64,000 nt of DNA from a virus (taxonomy: Duplodnaviria > Caudoviricetes): the IMG/VR virus record IMGVR_UViG_2830247124_000001, positions 44,995-108,994 of that record; one strand, 5' to 3'. The position numbers were made by a program, and so were the translations under genes. The notes under the pieces were generated by a model. It was given only the letters and a program-made list of their open reading frames with translations, had not been told where the DNA came from and searched no databases. This document shows, piece by piece, positions 9,244-18,300 of the stretch (its first letter is position 1; each line of letters starts with the position of its first letter).

Positions 9244-10476
9244 ATGCCTAACACTACCAACCCCGAGACCCAGCAGCAGACTGAACCCTCCCCTTCCGAA
9301 CCTACCAGCGGCTCCACCAGTGGCGGGGCTTCCCAGCTTTTCGACGAGCCGGAAGAGATTGGAGAGGAGCAGTCCGATTCTGCAATTACGGATCCGGAAG
9401 CGGATTCGGCTGAAACGACCAGTTCAGAGAACGAAGACCCGCAGTTCACCGAAGACGGTTCCACAGAGCCTGACGGTGAGCCTCGATCTGAGGAGAGCGA
9501 TTCCTCCCCAGATCCAGGTGCTGACGCTGAGGATGCCACCACAAGTGAGCAGTCCGACGCCGAGGCCGGAGAAGACGCGGAGGAGTCTGCCGAGTCAGAG
9601 GAAGAAGAGACGACTGACTCTCCCTATTACGAGGGTGAGGAGTCTACCTATCTGACGGAGGACGACGCCCGCGAAGGAATCGAAGAGAAGGACCGCTACA
9701 TCACCGACCTCGAAGACCGTCTGGACGAAACCGAGTCCCAGGCAGAGGAAAAGGTGCAGAACCTCCAGAGCGAACTGGAAAGCACCCAACAGGAGTTGGA
9801 GCGGATTCGCAGCGCGGTCGATGAAGAGACCCGCGAAAACTTCGCCATTCAAGACTACCTTCCAGAGCGCTTCCAGGGCAAAACGGAAGCGGACTTTGCC
9901 GACAATAGCGAGTTGGCCGAGTTCAAGGAAGCGAAGCTCGACGCAAAGGCTGAGATGAAGCACGAGCGGAAGCAAGAGGAGCGCCGCAAAGAGCAGATGC
10001 AGGAAGACATTGCAGAGGCTCACCGCGAGGCTCAAGAGTTTGTCGAGGAGCAGGTTGACGCTGAATCCTTCGGTGCCACAAGCCCGGAGAGGCAGGCCAA
10101 GCTGCGCAGCTTCCTGGAAGACACTCCCGAAAACGCGGAGTACAGCAACGTCGAGAAGGCCCAGTTTATCGTGGCTGCCTTCGGCGAAGAGGATGGCGAA
10201 CGATTTCTTTCTGGCCTACAGGCCGAGTTCGGCGGATCGTCTGCACGGAGCACTTCCACGACCAACGGTGCCAGCCAAGACTCCTCCACCCAGAACCCGG
10301 AGGATGAGAAGGCAACCGAGGACGAGGAGGTCGCCGAGCAGATTAAGAAGTCCCAGACGTCTCCTGGTGCCCCGGAAACCAAGCCGCGCACCGATTCAAA
10401 CGAGATGTCCCGCCGAGAGGAGATGGACCACGCCTTCCGCAAGAGCGCCAAAGAACAGGGGCTCTTCCAGCGGTAA
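9244..10476 (+). CDS. Capsid scaffolding protein
   Basis: Very acidic, coiled-coil-like protein between portal and capsid genes. Confidence 0.7.
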   Translation: MPNTTNPETQQQTEPSPSEPTSGSTSGGASQLFDEPEEIGEEQSDSAITDPEADSAETTSSENEDPQFTEDGSTEPDGEPRSEESDSSPDPGADAEDATTSEQSDAEAGEDAEESAESEEEETTDSPYYEGEESTYLTEDDAREGIEEKDRYITDLEDRLDETESQAEEKVQNLQSELESTQQELERIRSAVDEETRENFAIQDYLPERFQGKTEADFADNSELAEFKEAKLDAKAEMKHERKQEERRKEQMQEDIAEAHREAQEFVEEQVDAESFGATSPERQAKLRSFLEDTPENAEYSNVEKAQFIVAAFGEEDGERFLSGLQAEFGGSSARSTSTTNGASQDSSTQNPEDEKATEDEEVAEQIKKSQTSPGAPETKPRTDSNEMSRREEMDHAFRKSAKEQGLFQR

Positions 10477-10482
10477 GGCACC

Positions 10483-10646
10483 CCAACAACGCGCCCCGAC
10501 CAGCCACCGAGGCTGGCGGGACACTTTCATTCTTTTAGGGCCTGAAAAGCTCTACTGCGCGGCGTTGGACAATTGCTCTGGAGGCTATGCCTCCACTACT
10601 TGCAGCCTTCTGACGGCTGTCAGGTAGGCATTCTACTTAGTCAGCT
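10483..10646 (+). promoter_or_regulatory. Structured 5' leader of the major capsid gene
   Basis: Stems CCAGCC/GGCTGG, TAGGGC/GCTCTA, TGGAGGC/GCCTCCA and GCAGCC/GGCTGT; loop CTGAC is complementary to GTCAG just before the ATG. Confidence 0.55.
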
Positions 10647-11843
10647 ATGGCACAGCTTAGTGCAGGAACGCTTGAAGAGCAGGCCGACCTGCTTACGAAC
10701 CCGTCACTTCAGCGGTCGATGATCCGGACGATCAAGGATCGTGGAGCGCGTGAACTGATGGCGCAACTTCCATTTAAGTCGTTCGTCGGTAAGTCGTACG
10801 ACTTCACTATTGAAGACGAGATTGGCACGGGCAACAGTGCTCAGGATCCTTATGGTGACACGATTCCGAGCGGTGGTGGGAAGAACCAGCGCGTGTCGGT
10901 CGGCGTCACGATGATGATCCGCAACGCGGTCACCCCCAAGATCGACGTGGTCGGGAAGAGTGACTTCTTCCAGCAGCGTGAGGACGACTTCGAGAAGGAA
11001 GCTAAGAAGCTCGGGCGCGACTTCTTCCAGCAGTTCCTCAATGGGCTCCAGGACGACACTGGCACCCACGAGTCGTACAACCTCAAGGGTCTGGAGTATT
11101 GGTTCAAGAAGCACGACGTGAACTCCCAGACGTTCTACGCGACCGATGACGCTACGCTCACCGGCAACGCGGAGAACCTGTCCTACACCCACATCGACGA
11201 GCTTCTCAGCCGTCAGAAGGGTGAGCCCTTCCAGGTCATGTACATGAACCGTGAGACCAGCATTGCCTTCCGTGGTCTCCTCAACAACATGCCGGGAAAT
11301 GTCGCGGGCATGATGATGGAGGATACCTTCGGTCGCCAGATGTTGCATTACGACGGGACGCCCATCGTCGTCAATGATTCGGTTGCCATGGACAAGCCCT
11401 TCGCTGAGGCTACGGTCAGCGGGACCACGGTTACGGTCACGGACCCCGGCTTCCTTGGGTTCAGTGAGCTTGTTGTCGGCGAAAGCATCACGGTCGGCGG
11501 AAGCTCCACGACCGTCGCTTCGGTGACGGACACCCACACGGTGGAAGTCAGCGACGGTACTGCTCTTTCTGACGGTTCCGGCCAGTCCGGTGTCGTCGAG
11601 CAGCAGAACGTCATCTATGCGGGACGCATGGACCCGACCGATGGAATCGCTGCGGTGTACCACGAGAACCGTGGGGTTCCGGCAGATGCGGGCGAGCACT
11701 ACGGCGCAATCGCCGGTTTCGATGCTCAGGACCAGGGCCTTCTGGAGTCGGCTCCGCGCTACCAGTCGCGGCTTGACTTCTACGGCCAGACGGTCGTCCA
11801 CGACCCGGAGGCGCAGGCTCGCGTTCTCGGCTTCTCCATTTAA
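10647..11843 (+). CDS. Major capsid protein
   Basis: 398 aa after the scaffold; LPFKSFVGKSYDF, FLNG...LKGL, VMYMN and YDGTPIVVND fit HK97-fold capsids; strongly biased codons. Confidence 0.85.
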   Translation: MAQLSAGTLEEQADLLTNPSLQRSMIRTIKDRGARELMAQLPFKSFVGKSYDFTIEDEIGTGNSAQDPYGDTIPSGGGKNQRVSVGVTMMIRNAVTPKIDVVGKSDFFQQREDDFEKEAKKLGRDFFQQFLNGLQDDTGTHESYNLKGLEYWFKKHDVNSQTFYATDDATLTGNAENLSYTHIDELLSRQKGEPFQVMYMNRETSIAFRGLLNNMPGNVAGMMMEDTFGRQMLHYDGTPIVVNDSVAMDKPFAEATVSGTTVTVTDPGFLGFSELVVGESITVGGSSTTVASVTDTHTVEVSDGTALSDGSGQSGVVEQQNVIYAGRMDPTDGIAAVYHENRGVPADAGEHYGAIAGFDAQDQGLLESAPRYQSRLDFYGQTVVHDPEAQARVLGFSI

Positions 11844-11909
11844 TTCTAGCATCGCGTTCTTTGAAGACTGAGCCGAAGAGCGCGGTGGTAGGGAAATCTT
11901 GGCCACTGT

Positions 11910-11961
11910 GGCCCCACCTACAGTTGAAACCTGGGGTGGGGCCATTAGGGCCATTTTTTTC
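11910..11961 (+). terminator. Hairpin/terminator after the capsid gene
   Basis: GGCCCCACC...GGTGGGGCC stem with a T-run a few nt downstream. Confidence 0.45.
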
Positions 11962-12009
11962 ACCGGCGCATTTTTGCGCCATAGACACCCCTAACCAGGG
12001 AATCACACA

Positions 12010-12690
12010 ATGGCTCAACGACAAGTAAGCATTCCCGGCGAATCGACGTCGAATATGTACTTCGTGTACACCCGTCGGCGCGACTCCGAGGGACGACTGA
12101 TTGAAGGCCAGTGGATGGGAATCCGTGGCTGGCGACAGGGCCTCAAGGGGCCCCTTACAAAAAGCGAAGCACAGAACATCCAGGCGCAGATCGGCGCGGA
12201 GATTATCCCAGTCGAGGTTGAAGACTTTGATGGGCTAATCCTGAAGGCATTTGAGAAGGTCGGAATCGACCCGCCCGAAGACCTGATCGAGGAGTTTGCC
12301 TCGGAGGAATCCGGCAGTGAGGCGGCTGACACTGTAAGCGAAGAGACCCGCCAGAAGGAAGAGGAGATCCGAGAGCTTCTGGATGAGCACGATGAAGAGG
12401 AGGCGACCCAGGCTCTTGAACATGCGATAGAGCTTCTTTCTGAGGAGCCCACGGAGGCGTCTAAGGTCGGCTCTCCCGAGCAGGAGGAATCCCTCGAAGA
12501 CACGATCCAACCGGAGAAGGCCGCCGCTGAAGACAGAGAGGAGGACGGTCCTGGACCGGAGTGGCCCGGTTACAACGAGGCCATCGAGATCATGAATGAC
12601 CACGGCTTCGACTGGATGGAAGCTGGTGGCGGGCGAAAGACCGCCAACGTCAAGGACGCCTGGGAAGAGTTTGGTTCTCAGTTCAAGTAA
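12010..12690 (+). CDS. Acidic hypothetical protein (virion module)
   Basis: 226-aa ORF after the capsid gene; followed by hairpin CCCGCC-ATTT-GGCGGG. Confidence 0.75.
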   Translation: MAQRQVSIPGESTSNMYFVYTRRRDSEGRLIEGQWMGIRGWRQGLKGPLTKSEAQNIQAQIGAEIIPVEVEDFDGLILKAFEKVGIDPPEDLIEEFASEESGSEAADTVSEETRQKEEEIRELLDEHDEEEATQALEHAIELLSEEPTEASKVGSPEQEESLEDTIQPEKAAAEDREEDGPGPEWPGYNEAIEIMNDHGFDWMEAGGGRKTANVKDAWEEFGSQFK

Positions 12691-12731
12691 CCCTCCTCCC
12701 CGCCATTTGGCGGGCTCAATAGCCAATACAG

Positions 12732-13421
12732 ATGCAAGCCTCAGTTAGCGATCTCGTCGAACAGGTGCGGCACGAGCTTGACGAGGTGACCCTTTCTGGA
12801 GAGATGGTCCTGACGGACTCTTCTCTTGAGGACCGGGCATCGTCGAACTTCAGCAACGCCTCGATCAAGGACCGTCTGATGGATGCCACCCGGCACATCG
12901 CCGCTCGCGTCCGGGCGACGTACCTGAAGCCTTTCGTAATCACGGTTACCCCCGCCGACTTCGACCCTCCGTACGACACGACCACGCCGAAAATTTTGCG
13001 ACTGGTCGGGACCCAGGTTACCGCCGAGGATTCCGGAGCCAGCAAGATTGATGCAACCCGTCGCACAATGGCCGCCCATCTCAAGCTCGAAAACGGGCGT
13101 GGACTAAACGCGAGGGAAGACTACCCGGTCTTTGTTTTCGAGGACTTCGAGCTTCTCGTTCAAAACGGGATTGACTCGGTGAAAGAAGCGAAGGCCGTGC
13201 GCGTACCGGGACAGGAACCGGCGCAGAAGTACAGCGACGTTGTCGCCCTTCCGGACGCCTTCGAGGGAGCGGTCGTGGCCCACGCGGTGTCCAGTTGCTT
13301 CGAGACGCTTCGGATGGCAGAAAACGCGACTCAGTCCAAGAAGCGCCTCGCCGAAGAGCTTCGTGAATACCGGCTTCCCTTCCGCTCCGCAAACGAACAG
13401 CGAGAGCAAAGCGAAGAGTGA
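12732..13421 (+). CDS. Head-tail adaptor/ring-like protein, paralog A
   Basis: Position in the module; shares SNFSN, DR...ATR, YPVFVFED and CFETLR motifs with the next gene. Confidence 0.65.
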   Translation: MQASVSDLVEQVRHELDEVTLSGEMVLTDSSLEDRASSNFSNASIKDRLMDATRHIAARVRATYLKPFVITVTPADFDPPYDTTTPKILRLVGTQVTAEDSGASKIDATRRTMAAHLKLENGRGLNAREDYPVFVFEDFELLVQNGIDSVKEAKAVRVPGQEPAQKYSDVVALPDAFEGAVVAHAVSSCFETLRMAENATQSKKRLAEELREYRLPFRSANEQREQSEE

Positions 13422-13477
13422 ACCTGCTCTCGGCACTATTCTCTCGGCACTAGGCCGAGTTCTACCTTCAATACCTC

Positions 13478-14149
13478 ATGACCGCTGATACGGTAATTAC
13501 ACGAATCAGGCGACGCCTCGACCAAGTCCCCCTCAACGTAGAGTCTGTAGACAAAGACTCCGACGTGCTCGGGTCCGTTTCGACAAACTTCTCGAACGAG
13601 GATCTTCTCGACCGCATCAACAAAGCGACCCGTGCGATCATCTCGAAGGTCAAGGCCCAGCACGTCCCGATGGCCATCGAGAAGAAGACGTCGGTCAATG
13701 GGATTGAGCAGTCCGCAGTCCGCCTCCTGCCCCGCCGAGTGTTCGGCAGTGACGATGGAGGCACGACCTACGTGCGAGCTTTCGAGAGGAGCGTCGATAC
13801 GCAGCGCCGACTCGAATCCAGGATTTCGAACCCTGGCCGAGAGGCAACGGCACAGTATCCGGTTTTCGTCTACGAGGATGGCCGCTTTCAGATTTTTCCG
13901 GAGACGCTCGGGGTGAAGGCGTTTGTCGTGGAGGCCCCTTCCGGGGCGACCTCTACAAGCGACACGCTGGTTCTGGACGAACGCTTTGAGCGTGCGATCA
14001 CGGACTACGTCTCGGCCAATTGCTACCAGACAATGCGCCGCACGAACCTCGCGGAGTTCTTCATGAACCTCTACAACCGGGATCTTCAGCCCTATTCGCT
14101 GGACCTTCGTTACGGGTCTCTCGACGACCAGGAAATCGACGTGGAGTAA
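13478..14149 (+). CDS. Head-tail adaptor/ring-like protein, paralog B
   Basis: TNFSN, DR...ATR, YPVFVYED and CYQTMR align with paralog A. Confidence 0.65.
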   Translation: MTADTVITRIRRRLDQVPLNVESVDKDSDVLGSVSTNFSNEDLLDRINKATRAIISKVKAQHVPMAIEKKTSVNGIEQSAVRLLPRRVFGSDDGGTTYVRAFERSVDTQRRLESRISNPGREATAQYPVFVYEDGRFQIFPETLGVKAFVVEAPSGATSTSDTLVLDERFERAITDYVSANCYQTMRRTNLAEFFMNLYNRDLQPYSLDLRYGSLDDQEIDVE

Positions 14150-14190
14150 TCCTGGCAAGAATCGCAGCGTACCCCCAATAAAAATTCCCT

Positions 14191-14775
14191 ATGGCCAATA
14201 CCAACGGACTATATAATGTAGATCAGCTTCGGAGCGAGATCGGTAGCCCGACTGCCGACCCCCGAGAACCAGGGGCCGTGCTTGACAGCGAGCTTCAGGG
14301 GATCATCGACCGGGAGGAGAGCACCCTCGACAGCATGATCCTCTCCCGTCTGGAGAAGCGCTCTCTTGAGTCGGTACCGACGACCGACCAAAAGGCACAC
14401 GAAGAGACGACCGTCTCCCTCGTAAATGAGACGAGTCATGCGGAGGGTACTGTAGACGACAAGTTCTACGCGATCACGTTCTTCGAGGGGGAGGGCCCGA
14501 ACGACAACTTCTTCGAGTACGACCCGAACCTGCAAGTCGAGTCGGTCGGTTTTTTCGAGCGCCGCCGGTTCACGTTCGTCTCGAACAAAGCGTTGGTCAT
14601 TCCGGCAGACACCTCGACCATCGACCTGTACCTTCCGGTAAAGACGAAGGTGAGAAGCCGCATGGGCGGCCTCATTGCGAAGGCGAACAGCAAGATCCTC
14701 GAACTGGCCCAGTCGATGGCCCAAAGCAAGGCCCAGCAGGGCGAGCGCCTCGAACGGTCGGACCTGGACCAGTAA
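14191..14775 (+). CDS. Hypothetical virion protein
   Basis: 194-aa ORF in the structural module. Confidence 0.7.
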   Translation: MANTNGLYNVDQLRSEIGSPTADPREPGAVLDSELQGIIDREESTLDSMILSRLEKRSLESVPTTDQKAHEETTVSLVNETSHAEGTVDDKFYAITFFEGEGPNDNFFEYDPNLQVESVGFFERRRFTFVSNKALVIPADTSTIDLYLPVKTKVRSRMGGLIAKANSKILELAQSMAQSKAQQGERLERSDLDQ

Positions 14776-14799
14776 ACGTGCATCTTTGAGAACCGACTC

Positions 14800-14815
14800 T
14801 CAAATAATTATTTGA
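14800..14815. promoter_or_regulatory. 16-bp palindromic motif, copy 3 (perfect)
   Basis: TCAAATAATTATTTGA, intergenic. Confidence 0.75.
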
Positions 14816-14853
14816 CTTCGGTGGCCTTCCAGCCACACAACCTCTGACTCACC

Positions 14854-15237
14854 ATGGCCTCCTTTCCAAAATCAGAAGTCGCGGGAATTGCGATGCAACA
14901 GATCCTTAGCCAGTCCAATGAGGAGGGGGAGTCGATGTCGGTTCGGTCCGACCGCAAGAGCGAAGCAGAGTATTACGTCGGTCTCGCGCTGGAGGAGATG
15001 AAAGACGAGTACGGCTACGACCCCGCAGAGAAGAAGACGACCCGCGCCAAGCCTGCGGTCATCCGGTACGTGAAGGTGTCTCTGATCGGTCGGGCCGCCT
15101 CTGTAGACCAGCAGTTCACCATGCTGGCGGACAAATGGGCACAAGCGGTCAACCGCAAGGCCAACCAGGAAGACCGAAACTCCAAAGACGACGAGTACGA
15201 CTCGCGCCGCATCGACCTGTACGATACCCAGGAATAA
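14854..15237 (+). CDS. Hypothetical virion protein
   Basis: 127-aa ORF in the structural module. Confidence 0.7.
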   Translation: MASFPKSEVAGIAMQQILSQSNEEGESMSVRSDRKSEAEYYVGLALEEMKDEYGYDPAEKKTTRAKPAVIRYVKVSLIGRAASVDQQFTMLADKWAQAVNRKANQEDRNSKDDEYDSRRIDLYDTQE

Positions 15238-15269
15238 CTAGAGCAAACGCCCGAACCTCCTCGGGTCAC

Positions 15270-15291
15270 GGGAGTCTTGACTCCCTTTTCT
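15270..15291 (+). terminator. Intrinsic terminator-like hairpin
   Basis: GGGAGT-CTTG-ACTCCC followed by TTTTCT. Confidence 0.55.
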
Positions 15292-15304
15292 ACCAACCCC
15301 TTAC

Positions 15305-18300
15305 ATGCCACTCGGACCTTCTCGCCCCAGCAGCAACGAGGGCTCTTTCGAAAACAACACGAGAGGCGACGCCCGCAAAGCGGGGTACGCCCCAGAGGAA
15401 GGGCCCACTGACTTTGAAGACACCACCAGAAACGCCTACGTCAGCGAGTACCCGTTTCAGATCGGCACAGAGGCGATCCTTTCCCTGTCGGCCTACCTTG
15501 AAAAAGAGGGAGACGTGTCCATCTCAGTCTTCTTTGCTGACGCGAGTGCCCGTCTGGCCCGCTACTCAGCAAGCACAAGCGAGTGGTCCTACGTGCCCTC
15601 TCCTGGGTCGGACCAGTACATTCAAATCAGCGAGGACGGCGGCCTTACCTGGAACCGTTACCCGATAACAACCCCCACCTCTTCTGACAACGCCAAGTCC
15701 ATTCGTTTTCAGCGGTCTGCGGACCAGCCTGAAGTAGATGCCACGTCTGTCACAGGGGGTACTGGGTGGAACGACACCCCCTCCTACCCCTCCCCGCAGG
15801 TTCAGCGCCGAAACACGCTTTGGGCGACTGTCGGGAGAGTAGACACCAACAACGGGAATGTCGTTGAGGAGTGGTCTACCCCCTTCCCGGTGATTGGCGT
15901 TCACTCTTCCCACGGGGTTGTAGCGCAGTATTCCGGCGGGTCTGGAAACTGGTCCGACGACTACGACTCGCTAAACCACAGCCAGATTCGCTTTAGCGCA
16001 GACCACGGGGGGAGTTGGACATCGGCGTTTACCTTCTCAAATGGAAGCGTAAAGTTTCAAAGTGGCTACCGCCCACCGGGATACGACAAGAACAAAACCG
16101 ACCCCGGAATAGCCTGGACAAACAGCCCGACGACTGACACTCTTGAAGAGAACGGAACGCTATGGGCCCTTCGGAAGAACCCCAGCACCGACGGACCTAC
16201 GTGGCTTGAGCCGGTCCAGGTTGTTACCGGCTCCACGCCGTGGCAGGATAGAATCGTCAGCAAGCAAAACGATTCCGGCAAGAAGAAGACGTTTGAGACC
16301 CGGTCGGACTTTCTCTCGCTTCCGCTATCGAATCAGGAGCTTACCTACTACTGGCGCTTGACGGGCGGTTTGCTTGAAAGCCCAATTGTCGGGTACCACA
16401 CGTTCGACCGAAACCGGGAGCCGGAATTCGACGGAAACCTCACCGTCGAGGGACAAGACCTTATCTTGCGTCTGACCGGAGATGAGGACGTGCGGTCCTA
16501 CGACATAGCAGTCAACATCGGAGGGTCGGAGATCCCAGAGCCTTCAAGCGGAGAGCACTTCGAGAGACAAAACTTCGAATACGGCCTCAATCTCGGCCCG
16601 ATTGAAGACGGCCAGACCGCTCTTGTAAGCGTAGCTGCATACATTTCTCTTGGGGGAGTGGGAGGGCTTGAACGATACACAGACGGCGACACTGGCACGC
16701 GCAAGACCTTTGTCCTCGAAAACGATGGGGATGGGTACGTCATGCAGGGGAGGTTCTCCAGCGCGAAGGACGGGCCGATTTCCTCACAGGCATCCGGTGG
16801 GGATAGCTTCGTCCAGATAAGCAACAACGGCGGGGTCCGGTGGAGCAAGAGTCTCGACACGGCGGGGTTTGCCAACACCGGCATACAGGAAAACATCTAC
16901 TTTCAGAGGGGGCTGGGAGCACCAGAGATCGACACGTACGGCACAGGAGGGCCAGGGCCGGATTGGAGCAACACGCCGCCAAGTGGCAGCCTCACCCTTT
17001 GGATGACCCGTGGCCCAGTGGACGAGAACGGAGACCTTCAGCCGTGGGGCCGGTGGACGACGCCAGTTGTTTTTCTTTCGGAGGTGGCCGGAAGAACGAT
17101 GCCACCGGACAAGGCAATCGCGCAGTTCTCCGACCAGCCCGATGGCCCGTGGTACGATAAGTATTCGAACACCACCGTCGGTGACAACGCCGGGTACGTC
17201 CGGGTAAGCTGGGATGACGGCGCAACATGGCAGGTGTCTGACATGGACACGCCCGATGATAACCCGATCAACCCGGTTGTCAAGCAAAACGTCGTCAACC
17301 GGTTTCAGCGGTCCTCTTCAGAGCCGAGCGTAAACAACGGCAGCTACTCTAAACCGGGGACCGGTTGGACAGACTTTCCAAGCACATCTAGCAGCGAGGA
17401 CCTTTGGATGATCTCGGGGCTGGCGGACCTGGACAAAAACGAGCTAATAGACCCGTGGAGCGATCCAATACGTCTCGTTGAACCGGCCACGAGGCCCTCG
17501 TTTATCGAGTTTGGTGAGACGGCAAGCGGCCCGTGGAATTCGATTTACGAATCTGCGGGGGAGACGGCCAATACGTTTGATCCGGCAGACGGGTATTTCC
17601 ACATCTCACGCGACAACACTGCAACCTGGACCCAGTCTCGACCGCTGAGTGAGGCATACTTCAAAAAGCAAACTGCCGAGCCCTCCTCGACTACCGACCC
17701 GTCTGCGGACGGGTGGGACGAGACGCCCCCAGAGGGTTACCCCAATACAGAGGTAAATCTCTGGATCACTATGAAAGACGGGGTTTCTTGGACCGACCCT
17801 GAAAAGGTAAAGCAAGACGTAAGCCCGAAGGGACCGCAAGAAACGGAGGTCTACATCCAGTATTCCAACGACAAAACCTCCTGGCACGACGACATCCGAG
17901 AGTCAGACAAGTGGATGCGCCAGCGGATCGGAAATGGCCTATGGCGAGGTCCTTTCCGGATAAAGGGAGAATCCGGAGACGATGGCCGGTACCGAAACTT
18001 CCTCTTCAAGGCCAGCCGGTTCCCCAACGACGGGCCCGCCATCGACTCCACAATTCCGGATTGGGACAGCAGCGTAAGCTACGCTGAAGGGGACCGGGTG
18101 TTTTACGATGGAGACGGCACCTACGAGTATTGGGTGGCCCAGTCTGCACACAGTGGAACGGCCCCCTCTACATCTGCAAGCCAGTGGGGCAACGTCTCGG
18201 AGAACACCTTCGACGCGGACTCCGGGTGGGTAGACGGCCCGTTCGGGGCCCTGCAAAATGGAGACAGCGAGGAGATTTACGTCTGGTCGATCAACGCGGA

